A stretch of DNA of 64,000 nt from Alphaproteobacteria bacterium (GTDB taxonomy: Bacteria; Pseudomonadota; Alphaproteobacteria; UBA828): positions 32,001-96,000 of the forward strand of contig CAXXVO010000008.1 of assembly GCA_963422645.2 (NCBI GenBank), given 5' to 3'. A program made the translations under genes and the position numbers. The notes beneath the pieces are model-generated. The model made no database searches. It worked only from the letters and a program-made list of their open reading frames with translations, and was not told the origin of the DNA. Numbering within the stretch: position 1 is the first letter of the stretch; the number at the start of each line of letters is the position of its first letter. Shown here in pieces: positions 35,782-45,448 of this stretch.

Positions 35782-37077
35782 CTAACGCTCCCGCGACCAG
35801 GCGGTCACGACGTCGATCAGCGCGTCCGTAAGCCGGGCGAGGTCGCCTTCGTCGATGGTGAGAGCGGGCGTGACGTAGACGATATCGGCGAAGGGGCGGA
35901 CCCAGACGCCGGAGTCCACGAAGCGCTGCTTGAGCCAGTCGATGCGGCTCATGTCGTCGAGCTGGATGACGCCGATCGCGCCCCGCACCCGCACATCGAC
36001 CACACCGGGCAGTCCCCGCGCGGGCGCCAACGCGGCGGCGAGATGGCTCTCGATGGCGCGCACCTGGGCGAGGCGGGGCTCGCTCTCGAAGAGATCGAGA
36101 GAGGCGTTGGCGGCGGCGCAGGCCAGGGGATTGGCCATGAAGGTCGGCCCGTGCATGAGCGCCGCGTCAGGATCGTCCGACAGGAAGGCCTCGAAGACCC
36201 TCTCGCTCGCCACGGTCGCAGCCAGCGCCATGGTGCCGCCGGTGAGCGCCTTGGAAAGCGTGACGATATCCGGCACCACCCCCGCTTGCTCGCAGGCGAA
36301 GAGCGTGCCGGTGCGGCCGAACCCGGTCATGATCTCGTCGGCAATCAGCAACAGGCCGTGCCTGTCGCAGGCTACGCGCAGCGTGCGCAGCACCTCCGGC
36401 GCGTGGAAGCGCATGCCGCCCGCGCCCTGGACCAGCGGCTCGACGATGACCGCCGCCACGTCCCCCCCATTGCGGGCGAGGTAAGCGTCGAAGGTTGCGA
36501 TGCCCGCCTCGTCCCCAGGCAATGGCACGACGTGCTGCTCCGGCAGCGCGCCGGCGAAGAGGCTGTGCATGCCCTCCTCGGGATCGCATACCGACATGGC
36601 GGCGAAGGTGTCGCCGTGATAGGCGCCCTGGAAGCTCACGAAGCGGTGGCGCCCGCGAACCCCCTGGTTGAGCCAGTACTGCAGCGCCATCTTGAGCGCG
36701 ATCTCCACCGCGACCGAGCCTGACTCCGAGAAGAACACCCGGCTGAGTGGATCGGGAAGCATGCCGGCCAAGCGGCGGGCCAGCCGGAGCGCGGGCTCGT
36801 TGGCGAGGCCGCCGAACATGACGTGGGGCATGCGCTCCAGCTGCTCGGCCACGGCGGCGCGGATGTGGGGATGGTTGTAGCCGTGGCAGGCGGTCCACCA
36901 CGACGCGATGCCGTCGATCAGCTCGCGGCCATCGGCGAGGACGATGCGTGTGCCCCTGGTCGCAGCCACGGGCAGCGGCGGCGGCACGCTCGCCATCTGG
37001 GTATAGGGCAGCCAGACGTGGCCGTAGCCCTCGGCCAGCCAGTCGGGCGCTTGCGGCGCGGAGGAGTCGGCAGGCAT
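35782..37077 (-). CDS. bioA: Adenosylmethionine-8-amino-7-oxononanoate aminotransferase
   Basis: WLPYTQ, SWWT, SGSVAVE, YHGDT, DEIMTGFGRTG, PLP-binding lysine in LSKAL, and HGPTF. Confidence 0.95.
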   Translation of the reverse strand: MPADSSAPQAPDWLAEGYGHVWLPYTQMASVPPPLPVAATRGTRIVLADGRELIDGIASWWTACHGYNHPHIRAAVAEQLERMPHVMFGGLANEPALRLARRLAGMLPDPLSRVFFSESGSVAVEIALKMALQYWLNQGVRGRHRFVSFQGAYHGDTFAAMSVCDPEEGMHSLFAGALPEQHVVPLPGDEAGIATFDAYLARNGGDVAAVIVEPLVQGAGGMRFHAPEVLRTLRVACDRHGLLLIADEIMTGFGRTGTLFACEQAGVVPDIVTLSKALTGGTMALAATVASERVFEAFLSDDPDAALMHGPTFMANPLACAAANASLDLFESEPRLAQVRAIESHLAAALAPARGLPGVVDVRVRGAIGVIQLDDMSRIDWLKQRFVDSGVWVRPFADIVYVTPALTIDEGDLARLTDALIDVVTAWSRER

Positions 37078-37119
37078 GCGGCGCGCCGCGGCGTGCGCTG
37101 GGAGCGCCGCCTTCGCGCC

Positions 37120-38115
37120 CTAAGCCGGCATCGGCGCGATGCCGAGGCGGGCGAAGAGCTGGGTGTCGCGTTCGCGCCCGGGGTTGGGCGTCGTGAGCAG
37201 CTCAGGCCCGACGAACACCGAGTTGGCGCCGGCGAGGAAGGCCAGAGCCTGCATCTCGTCCGACATCTGCTCGCGCCCGGCCGAAAGCCGGACCACCGAG
37301 CCCGGCATGGTGATCCGCGCCACCGCCACCGTGCGCACGAACTCGAAGGGATCTAGCGCGTCCATGCCGTTGAGCGGCGTGCCCTCCACCTGCACCAGCA
37401 TGTTGATGGGCACGCTCTCGGGATGGCTCGGCAGGCTCGCGAGCGTCGCGATCATGTCCGCGCGGTCGCGGCGCGATTCGCCCATGCCGACGATGCCGCC
37501 GCAGCAGACGTTGATACCCGCGTCCCGCACATGGCCCAGGGTCTCGAGCCGGTCCTGGTACGTGCGCGTGGTGATGATCTCGCCGTAGAACGATTCGGAG
37601 GTGTCTAGATTGTGGTTGTAGTAGTCGAGGCCGGCATCGGCGAGGCGTTCAGCCTGGGGCTCGCTCAGCATGCCGAGGGTGACGCAGGTCTCCATGCCGA
37701 GCGCCTTGACGCCCGCGACCATCTCGGCCACCGCCTCCAGATCGCGGTCCTTGGGGCTGCGCCAGGCGGCGCCCATGCAGTAGCGGGTGGCGCCGGCTTC
37801 GCGGGCGCGCCGGGCCTCGGCCAGCACCTCGTCGCGGGACATCAGCTTGCCCGCTTCGAGCCCGGTGTCGTAGCGCGCGCTCTGCGGGCAATAGGCGCAG
37901 TCCTCCGGGCAGCCGCCGGTCTTGATGCTGAGCAGCGTCGACATCTGCACCTGGTTCGGGTCGAAGTGGCGGCGATGCGCGGTCTGCGCGCGGAACATCA
38001 GCTCGGCGAAGGGCAGCGCGAGCAATGCCTCGACCTCCGCCGCCGACCAGTCATGCCTGAGCGCGGGCGCAACACTCGGCGGCGCGTCCGCGCCGATCGC
38101 CTCGACAGTTTCCAT
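37120..38115 (-). CDS. bioB: Biotin synthase
   Basis: Radical SAM motif [15 protein letters not shown] and RLSAGR. Confidence 0.97.
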   Translation of the reverse strand: METVEAIGADAPPSVAPALRHDWSAAEVEALLALPFAELMFRAQTAHRRHFDPNQVQMSTLLSIKTGGCPEDCAYCPQSARYDTGLEAGKLMSRDEVLAEARRAREAGATRYCMGAAWRSPKDRDLEAVAEMVAGVKALGMETCVTLGMLSEPQAERLADAGLDYYNHNLDTSESFYGEIITTRTYQDRLETLGHVRDAGINVCCGGIVGMGESRRDRADMIATLASLPSHPESVPINMLVQVEGTPLNGMDALDPFEFVRTVAVARITMPGSVVRLSAGREQMSDEMQALAFLAGANSVFVGPELLTTPNPGRERDTQLFARLGIAPMPA

Positions 38116-38250
38116 GATCGCTCGTCTCCGGCTCTCGCCCGGCGCAGGATAGGCCCGCCCGCCGCCGGGTCAAGGAATCCGGCAGGGATATCGAAGCCGT
38201 GTCTTGAGCACGCGCGGGGCGCCGCGTCGAGCGTCCCGCCTCACATCTGT

Positions 38251-40620
38251 CTACACGCGGTTATCGGAAGCGACCCGGATCGCGCGCCAGACGCGCTCGG
38301 GCGTGAACGGCATTTCCACATGGCGGACGCCGAGGTGCCAGAGCGCATCGAGGATGGCGTTGCCGATCGCGGCCGGCGGCCCGGAGGTGCCGAGCTCGCC
38401 CACGCCCTTGACGCCGAGCGGGTTGGTCTCGGTCAGCGTCACGTGGCCGTCCAGCGTGAAGTCGGGCAGGTCGTCGGCGCGGGGCATCGTGTAGTCCATG
38501 AAGGTACCGGTGAGCAGCTGGCCCGACTCCGGCTCGTAGCGCACGTGTTCCAGCAGCGCCTGGCCGATGCCCTGGGCGGCGGCCCCGTGGCGCTGGCCGT
38601 CCACCACCAGTGGGTTGATCACGAGGCCCGTGTCCTCCACCGAATAGTAGGCGGTGAGCCGCACCGCGCCGGTCTCGGCATCGACGGTGACGGTGGCAAC
38701 GTGGGTGCCGTAGGGATAGTTGAAGTCGTCCGGATCGAAGAACGCCGCCTCTTCCAGCCCGAGCTCGAAGCCATCGGGATAGTCGGCGCCGCGGTAGGCC
38801 ATGTCGGCGATCTCCACGAAGGTCATCCGCCGATCGGTACCGCGCACGGAATAGGCGCCGGCCCCGAATTCGATGTCGTCCACGGCGCATTCCATGAGAT
38901 GCGCGGCGAGGCGGCGGCCCTTGTCGATAACGCGGTCGGAAGCGACGGCGAGCGCCGAGCCCACCACCGTGATCGAGCGCGAGGCCCAGGTGCCGAGGCC
39001 GTGGGGGATCCGGTCCGTATCGCCTTCGACGACGTCGATGTCGACCATGTCGCAGCCGAAGCGGTCCGCGACGATTTGCGCGTAGGTGGTGGCGTGGGAC
39101 TGGCCGTGGCTGTGGCTGCCGCAGAGCACGGTGATCTTGCCGCTGGGGTGGATCCGCACGGTGGCGACGTCCCAGAACCCCATGCGGCTGCCAAGGGCGG
39201 CGGCGAGCCGGCTCGGCCCGGCGCCGCCGGAACGGACGAAGGCCGCCATGCCGATCCCCATCATCTCGCCGTCCTCCCTGAGCCTGGCCTGCTCGGCCCG
39301 CAGCGCGTCGAGATCGGCCAACGAACGGGCCTTCTCGAGCACCGCCGGGAAGTCGCCGACGTCGTAAGTGACCCCGGTCGCGCTCGCATAGGGCATGGCG
39401 GCAGCGGGCACGAGGTTGCGGGCGCGGGCCTCGACCGAATCGCCCGCACGCTCCCGCGCGCCGTTCTCGATCAGGCGCTCGATGACGTAGGTGATCTCGG
39501 GGTTGCCGGCGCCGCGATAGGCATCGATCGGCGTGGTGTTGGTGTAGACGCCGAGCACTCGGCAATGCAGCGCGGGGATCGCATACTGGCCGGAGAACAT
39601 GCTGACGCAGAAGAGCGTCGGGATGCACGCGGCGAACTGGCTCTGATAGGCGCCGAGGTTGGCGATGATGTCGGCCTCGACGGCGGCGATGCGACCGTCG
39701 GAGTCGAAGGCCATGCGCGCCTCGGTGACGTGGTCGCGCGCGTGGATGTCCACCGCAAGCGTCTCGGCACGGGTCGCGGTCCAGCGCACCGGCCGGTCCA
39801 CCAGCCGCGCGGCCCAGGGGAGGCTCGCTTCCTCGGGGTAGTGATAGGTTTTTTGGCCGAAGCCCCCGCCGACATCGGGCGACACCACCCTGATCGCGTG
39901 CTCGGGCGCGCGCAGCGTGTCGCGCGAAAGCCACTGGCGGACCAGATGCGGGTTCTGCGTGGTGGACCAGAGGGTGTAGCGCCCGTCGCCACGGTCGTAC
40001 GCACCGATGGCCGCGCGCGGCTCCATGGCGCTGGGCGCGAGACGGTTGTTGACGAGCTTGAGCGAGGTGACGTGGGCGGCAGCGGCGAAGGCGGCCTCCG
40101 TCGCCTCGGCGTCGCCGAGCCGCCAGTCATAGGCGATGTTGCTACCGAACTCTTCGTGGACCAGCGGCGCATCGGCCTCGACCGACGCCGCCAGGTCGGT
40201 GATCGAGGGGAGCGGCTCCCACGCGACCTCGACTGCGGCCGCGGCGTCGGCGGCCGCGTGCGGGTCTTCGGCGACGACGAGGGCCACCGTATCGCCCACG
40301 TGACGGGCCTCGCCCAAAGCGAACACCGGCCGGCGGGCGAGCGCCATCGGAGTGCCGTCGTGGGAGTTGATGTCCCACAGCACGTCGGTCTCGCCGCCCC
40401 CGTCGCGCCGCCAATCCTCGCCGGTGAGGACGGCCAGCACTCCCGGCATGGCGCGCGCCTGGTCGGTGGCGACCGTCCCGACGCGGGCACGGGCGTGGGG
40501 GCTGCGGACGAAGGCGGCGTAGGCCTCCCCCGGCAGGCGGATGTCGTCCACGAAGCGGCCCTGGCCGGTCAGGAACCGGTCGTCTTCAACGCGCGTGTGC
40601 GCCGCACCGACGTGCGCCAT
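38251..40620 (-). CDS. Xanthine dehydrogenase family molybdopterin-binding large subunit (form II CoxL-like)
   Basis: RVEDDRFLTG, RSPHARA, VGGGFG, AYRGAG, HGQSH and KGVGE. Confidence 0.92.
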   Translation of the reverse strand: MAHVGAAHTRVEDDRFLTGQGRFVDDIRLPGEAYAAFVRSPHARARVGTVATDQARAMPGVLAVLTGEDWRRDGGGETDVLWDINSHDGTPMALARRPVFALGEARHVGDTVALVVAEDPHAAADAAAAVEVAWEPLPSITDLAASVEADAPLVHEEFGSNIAYDWRLGDAEATEAAFAAAAHVTSLKLVNNRLAPSAMEPRAAIGAYDRGDGRYTLWSTTQNPHLVRQWLSRDTLRAPEHAIRVVSPDVGGGFGQKTYHYPEEASLPWAARLVDRPVRWTATRAETLAVDIHARDHVTEARMAFDSDGRIAAVEADIIANLGAYQSQFAACIPTLFCVSMFSGQYAIPALHCRVLGVYTNTTPIDAYRGAGNPEITYVIERLIENGARERAGDSVEARARNLVPAAAMPYASATGVTYDVGDFPAVLEKARSLADLDALRAEQARLREDGEMMGIGMAAFVRSGGAGPSRLAAALGSRMGFWDVATVRIHPSGKITVLCGSHSHGQSHATTYAQIVADRFGCDMVDIDVVEGDTDRIPHGLGTWASRSITVVGSALAVASDRVIDKGRRLAAHLMECAVDDIEFGAGAYSVRGTDRRMTFVEIADMAYRGADYPDGFELGLEEAAFFDPDDFNYPYGTHVATVTVDAETGAVRLTAYYSVEDTGLVINPLVVDGQRHGAAAQGIGQALLEHVRYEPESGQLLTGTFMDYTMPRADDLPDFTLDGHVTLTETNPLGVKGVGELGTSGPPAAIGNAILDALWHLGVRHVEMPFTPERVWRAIRVASDNRV

Positions 40621-40764
40621 GCGTGCTCCCCCTCCACTGCGGCCGCTGCAGACCGCCGCTGGCAGGCTAGTGAGCCGGCGGACGGGCGTCCACCCTCGGT
40701 GCAGGGCGCGTGCTATGGTGAGCGCCAGCGCGGCAGGCCAGCGCGGCTGGACACGGGGGCGACG

Positions 40765-41832
40765 ATGTTGAAGCCGGAAACCGACGTTTTCGTATCGCAG
40801 CTCGACCGGGTGCTGAACGACCACGTGGAGCGGGGCATCGTCGGCGCCTCGCTCGCCCTTGTCCGGCCGGGCGAGGAGGTGCTGACGCTCGCCGCCGGCT
40901 GCGCCGATCGCGCGACGGGAACGCCGCTCGCCCCGGATCACCTGTTCAAGACGGCGAGCACCAAGAAGACCTGGACCGCGGTCGCCGTGCTCGCGCTGGT
41001 GAGCGAAGGGCGCGTGCGGCTGGATCAGACCATCGAAGGGTGGTTCCCGCAGCTGCCGCGCGCGAACGAAATCCGCGTGCGTCATCTGCTCAGTCACCGC
41101 AGCGGCCTGCCCGAATACGAAGCGTTCATGCCGAAGGGCGCGGCGGACGACTGGACGCCGGAGCGGATCATCGACTTCGCGCTCGCCAACGGCACGCAGA
41201 TCGGGCCGGGCGAGGCCTTCATCTATTCCAACCCCGGCTACGTGCTGGCGGGCGAGATCGTCGCCAGCGAGCGGGGCGAGACGCTCTCCCAATGGCTCGG
41301 GCGGGCTGTCTTCGAGCCGGCCGGCATGGGCGAGACCTGGAGCGGCGGGGACGAGGCCTTCCCGCGCGAACGCCTGGCCCGCGCCTACGTCTTCGATTCG
41401 GGTCAGCCCGAGACTCCGCTGGAGGACTCCTCCGACTGGTTCCCCCTATCCGGCATCGGGGCTGCGGGCGATCTGGTGACGACACCGCGCGACCTCGCGC
41501 GCGGCTACCATGCGCTGTTCACGGGGCAGGTGCTGGAGCCCGGCGCCCTCGCCATGCTGCGAGGCCCGCTGCTGCCGGCCGCTTTTCCGGGCACGAACAT
41601 CACCCATTGCGGCCACGGGGTCCTGGTCTCCCGCTTCGGCGACCTCACGATCGAGGGCCACCTCGGCCAGTTGCGCGGCCACGTCACCATGGCCGGCCAT
41701 CACGAGCCGAGCGGGATCACCGCCGTGCTCAGCCAGAACTCGTGCTCAAGCGACCTGGAGGCCTTCGGCGCGGCCGGCATTCACCCAGCTTTCGCCGAGA
41801 TATTCCGCCTGGCCGGGAGCTTAGCCCCCTAG
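40765..41832 (+). CDS. Serine hydrolase, beta-lactamase/PBP-like family
   Basis: SxxK (STKK), LLSHRSG, YSN and HxG (GHLG); no signal peptide is evident. Confidence 0.88.
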   Translation: MLKPETDVFVSQLDRVLNDHVERGIVGASLALVRPGEEVLTLAAGCADRATGTPLAPDHLFKTASTKKTWTAVAVLALVSEGRVRLDQTIEGWFPQLPRANEIRVRHLLSHRSGLPEYEAFMPKGAADDWTPERIIDFALANGTQIGPGEAFIYSNPGYVLAGEIVASERGETLSQWLGRAVFEPAGMGETWSGGDEAFPRERLARAYVFDSGQPETPLEDSSDWFPLSGIGAAGDLVTTPRDLARGYHALFTGQVLEPGALAMLRGPLLPAAFPGTNITHCGHGVLVSRFGDLTIEGHLGQLRGHVTMAGHHEPSGITAVLSQNSCSSDLEAFGAAGIHPAFAEIFRLAGSLAP

Positions 41833-41907
41833 ACGCGCGCGGCCGCCCGCCTGGGCGCGCAGATGCGCTCAGGCGGTGACGGTCCGCCGTCGTCGGTCGG
41901 GACGCGC

Positions 41908-42327
41908 TCAGTCGAGCCCGTCGAGCGCCTTCTGGAAGCGCCCGGCGTGGGACTTCTCGGCCTTCGCCAGGGTCTCGAACCAATCCGCGATCTCGTCGAA
42001 ACCCTCGTCACGGGCGGTGCGTGCCATGCCCGGATACATGTCGGTGTACTCGTGGGTCTCGCCGGCCACCGCAGCCGCCAGATTTTCGCCGGTCTGGCCG
42101 ATCGGCATGCCGGTGGCCGGGTCGCCGGTCTCGGCCAGGTAGTCGAGATGGCCGTGGGCGTGGCCGGTCTCGCCCTCGGCGGTCGAGCGGAAGAGCGCCG
42201 AAACGTCGTTGTGACCCTCCACGTCGGCCTTGCGGGCGAAGTAGAGATAGCGGCGGTTGGCCTGTGACTCGCCGGCGAAGGCGTCCTTGAGGTTTTGCTC
42301 GGTCTTGCTTCCACCCAATGCTGGCAT
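41908..42327 (-). CDS. Rubrerythrin (short form, no rubredoxin domain)
   Basis: [29 protein letters not shown] and AEKSHA. Confidence 0.93.
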   Translation of the reverse strand: MPALGGSKTEQNLKDAFAGESQANRRYLYFARKADVEGHNDVSALFRSTAEGETGHAHGHLDYLAETGDPATGMPIGQTGENLAAAVAGETHEYTDMYPGMARTARDEGFDEIADWFETLAKAEKSHAGRFQKALDGLD

Positions 42328-42410
42328 GGCTTTGTTCCCCCTGACTGATGGTTCGAGATGCTTGGCCGCCGCAGCGCAGGACGCGAGCACGGCCGGTGTG
42401 TTCATTACCC

Positions 42411-42439
42411 TATATGACGCAGCGCAGCGCAGCCGTCAA
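42411..42439 (-). promoter_or_regulatory. Putative sigma70 promoter for rubrerythrin
   Basis: Minus strand TTGACG-N17-CATATA. Confidence 0.5.
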
Positions 42440-42442
42440 CGG

Positions 42443-42459
42443 ATTGGAATCATTCCAGG
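42443..42459. promoter_or_regulatory. Irr box (iron control element)-like site
   Basis: ATTGGAATCATTCCAGG matches the core of the ICE consensus TTTRGAAYNRTTCYAAA and lies just upstream of the -35. Confidence 0.65.
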
Positions 42460-42911
42460 GTGCGCGCGCGGCGCGGGGCCTTCGAGCCCTCTTCCGCCCC
42501 TTCGCCGGTCACCCGGATGACGACGTCGATGCGCGAGACCCTGGTCCCCGGAGGCGCAGGCGGCAGGTCGCTCACGGAGACGCGATCACCCGGCACGTCG
42601 ACCAGACGGCCGGTCTCCTCCAGGAAGAAATGCTGGTGATGCGTGGTGTTGGTGTCAAAGAAGGAGGGCCCCGCATCCACCACCAGCTCGCGCAGCAGCC
42701 CGGCCTTCGTGAACTGGTGCAGGGTGTTGTAGACCGTGGCGAGGGAGACGCCCGCCTCCTCGCTGAGCACTTCGGCATGAAGCTCGGCGGCGGTGACGTG
42801 GCGGTCCGGCCCGCCGAAAAGCCGGCGAGCGAGCACGATGCGCTGGCGCGTGGGCCGCAATCCGGCCTCGCGCAGGCGCGCCGCAGCGTCGCTGTCAGGC
42901 AGTGTCGTCAT
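42450..42911 (-). CDS. irr: Fur-family iron response regulator Irr
   Basis: GLRPTRQR, RHVTA, SLATVYNTLHQF, FFDTNT-x-HHQHFF and IDVVIRV. Confidence 0.88.
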   Translation of the reverse strand: MTTLPDSDAAARLREAGLRPTRQRIVLARRLFGGPDRHVTAAELHAEVLSEEAGVSLATVYNTLHQFTKAGLLRELVVDAGPSFFDTNTTHHQHFFLEETGRLVDVPGDRVSVSDLPPAPPGTRVSRIDVVIRVTGEGAEEGSKAPRRARTLE

Positions 42912-43071
42912 CTCTATGCCGTACCCTTGATGAGAAGATTCATAGCACAAGTTTGCAGCAAGTGCCGCGCCGCGCCCGATGGGCTACCATGGGGCATCGG
43001 ATCGGGAGGGTCGCCGCAGGCCGGCTTGGCATCGGCACGGCATGCGGTCTTGGCCCCGAGGAGGACGCGCC

Positions 43072-45165
43072 GTGTCAAGTGAATTCGTTGCCACCGCCTG
43101 CCCCCACGACTGCCCGTCGACCTGCGCGCTGGAGGTGGAGCGGCTTGCGCCGGACCGGATCGGCGCGGTCAGAGGCGCGCGGGAGAACGACTACACGGCG
43201 GGCGTCATCTGCGCCAAGGTCGCGCGCTATGCGGAGCGCGTGCACCATCCGGGGCGTCTCGCGCAGCCGCTGCAGCGAAGCGGCGAGAAGGGCGCGGGCG
43301 AGTTCCGTCCCATCGGCTGGGACGACGCGCTCGACCTGATTGCCGACTCCTTCGTCCGCGCCGAGGAGAAACACGGCCCCGAGGCCGTCTGGCCCTACTA
43401 CTACGCCGGCACCATGGGCCTGGTGCAGCGCGACGGGATCAACCGCCTGCGCCACGTGATGAAGTACTCGGGGCAGGACGAGACCATCTGCTCGCGTCTT
43501 TCCAGCGACGGCTGGTGGGCCGGGGTCGGCACCTACGTGGGGTCCGACCCGCGCGAGATGGCGAAGGCGGACCTGATCGTCGTCTGGGGCTGCAATCCGG
43601 CGTCCACCCAGGTCAACGTGATGACCCACATCGCGAAGGCGCGGAAGACGCGGGATGCCGCGCTCGTCGTGGTCGATCCTTACGAGACGCGGACCGCCAA
43701 GGTCGCCGACCATCACGTGGCCTTGCGGCCCGGCACCGACGGCGCGCTCGCCTGCGGCATCATGCATGTGCTCTTCGCCGAGGACTTCGCCGACCGCGGC
43801 TACCTCGCCCGCCACACTGATTGTCCGGGCGAATTCGAGGCTCATCTCGCGAGCCGAGACCCCGCGTGGGCGTCCGCCATCACCGGCATTCCGGCAGCCG
43901 AGATCGTCGCGCTCGCCCGCATGATCGGCCGCATCAAGCGCACCTACATCCGCCTTGGCTACGGCTTCACACGCTCGCGCAACGGGGCTGCGAATATGCA
44001 TGCCGCCACCTGCATCGCGGCAGTCACCGGCGCCTGGCAGTACGAGGGCGGCGGCGCCATGCACACCAACAAGAGCGTCTACGGCGTCGATGCCACCCTG
44101 ATCGAAGGGCTCGACGCGCGTGACCGCTCGGTGCGGCTCCTCGACATGTCGCGCATCGGTCCGGTGCTGACCGGCGACGCGAGCGACCTCGGTGACGGCC
44201 CGCCGGTCACCGCCATCGTCATGCAGAACGTCAACCCCGCGTCGGTGGCGCCGGAATCGGCCAAGGTGCGTGAGGGACTCATGCGCGATGACCTCTTCCT
44301 CGCCGTGCACGAGCAGTTCATGACCGACACCGCGCGCTACGCCGACATCGTGCTGCCGGCGACGACCTTCCTCGAGCATGACGACATTTACGTGGGCGGC
44401 GGCCACAGCTACCTGCTGATGGGCGCCAAGGTGATCGAGCCTTACGCGGAAACCCGCTCCAACCACGACGTGATCCGCGCACTCGCAAAGCGGCTCGGCG
44501 CCGAGCATCCGGGCTTCGACATGACCGCGTGGGAGATGATCGACGCGACGCTGAAGCGCTCAGGCCACCCCGACGCGGCGACGCTCAAGGCCATGCGCTG
44601 GAAGGACTGCATGCCGGAATTCGAGAGCGCCCATCACCTGAACGGCTTCGGTTGGCCGGACGGGCGCTTCCGCTTCAAGCCGGACTGGACCAGGATGGGG
44701 CCGCGCGGGGCCGAGATGCCGGCCTTGCCCGACCACATGGCGGTGACCGAGGCGCCGGACGCGGAACACCCCTTCCGCCTCGTCACCGCGCCCGCTCACA
44801 ACTACCTCAATTCGAGCTTCACCGAGACGCCCACCAGCATAGCCAAGGAGGCCAGGCCCTCCGCCCTCTTCCATCCCGGCGACGCCCGTGACCTGGGCTT
44901 CGAGGACGGCGATCGCATCCGCATCGGCAACCGGCGGGGCTCGATCCTGCTTCACGCCCGCATCGCCGGCGCCAACGGCAAGGTGTCGGACAACGGCACC
45001 ACCCAAGGCCAGCAGCGCGGCACCGTCATCGTCGAGAGCGTCTGGCCCAACACCGCCTTCGAGGAGGGGCTCGGGATCAACACGCTGACCTCGGCCGATC
45101 CCGGCTATCCCAACGGCGGCGCGGTGTTCCACGACACCGCCATCTGGGCCCGGCCTGCGAACTAG
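43072..45165 (+). CDS. Molybdopterin (bis-MGD) oxidoreductase family protein
   Basis: 4Fe-4S motif CPHDCPSTC...C, WGCNP, TDGALA, ADIVLPAT and a C-terminal dinucleotide-binding domain; GAGGAGG RBS before GTG. Confidence 0.92.
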   Translation: MSSEFVATACPHDCPSTCALEVERLAPDRIGAVRGARENDYTAGVICAKVARYAERVHHPGRLAQPLQRSGEKGAGEFRPIGWDDALDLIADSFVRAEEKHGPEAVWPYYYAGTMGLVQRDGINRLRHVMKYSGQDETICSRLSSDGWWAGVGTYVGSDPREMAKADLIVVWGCNPASTQVNVMTHIAKARKTRDAALVVVDPYETRTAKVADHHVALRPGTDGALACGIMHVLFAEDFADRGYLARHTDCPGEFEAHLASRDPAWASAITGIPAAEIVALARMIGRIKRTYIRLGYGFTRSRNGAANMHAATCIAAVTGAWQYEGGGAMHTNKSVYGVDATLIEGLDARDRSVRLLDMSRIGPVLTGDASDLGDGPPVTAIVMQNVNPASVAPESAKVREGLMRDDLFLAVHEQFMTDTARYADIVLPATTFLEHDDIYVGGGHSYLLMGAKVIEPYAETRSNHDVIRALAKRLGAEHPGFDMTAWEMIDATLKRSGHPDAATLKAMRWKDCMPEFESAHHLNGFGWPDGRFRFKPDWTRMGPRGAEMPALPDHMAVTEAPDAEHPFRLVTAPAHNYLNSSFTETPTSIAKEARPSALFHPGDARDLGFEDGDRIRIGNRRGSILLHARIAGANGKVSDNGTTQGQQRGTVIVESVWPNTAFEEGLGINTLTSADPGYPNGGAVFHDTAIWARPAN

Positions 45166-45198
45166 GGCGAGGGGGAGTCAACCGCTCACCTCTTCTGG

Positions 45199-45426
45199 AG
45201 TAGTCCCCCGCCAGTAGTCCCCACCTCCCCCTGTCCCCCTCCCGACTTCTTCATTCCCCTCAGTCGGCGGGCGCTCGCTCCGCTCTCTTGCCTACGCGCG
45301 TACGCGCGCGGCGCAGTCGCGCCGTCCGGGCCTGCGGCCCAGGAGGGCGGAGGGGGAACGCAATCAGCCAAAGCGAGCTCTCCCTCTCCGCCCCTGGGGG
45401 CGGAGAGGGCCGGGGTGAGGTGGGGG
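45199..45426. repeat. REP/REPIN-like palindromic cluster between convergent genes
   Basis: Hairpin CCCTCTCCGCCCC-TG-GGGGCGGAGAGGG (45382-45409) followed by GGGGTGAGGTGGGG; its inverted counterpart CCCCACCTC lies near 45219, and AGTAGTCCCC is duplicated. Confidence 0.7.
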
Positions 45427-45448
45427 ACAGCGCGTCAAGCGACGCCGA

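Noticed and set aside
38251-40620. Aerobic CO dehydrogenase (form I CoxL)
   Set aside because: The active-site loop is AYRGAG rather than AYxCSFR, and no cox accessory genes are present.
37612-41832. 1406-aa plus-strand ORF
   Set aside because: It is the antisense shadow of bioB and the CoxL-like gene; only 40765-41832 has real motifs.
40765-41832. Beta-lactam resistance gene
   Set aside because: HxG replaces KTG and no signal peptide is evident; it is more likely an esterase, amidase or peptidase.
45166-45448. CRISPR array or tRNA in this spacer
   Set aside because: There is no regular repeat-spacer periodicity and no cloverleaf or T-loop motif.
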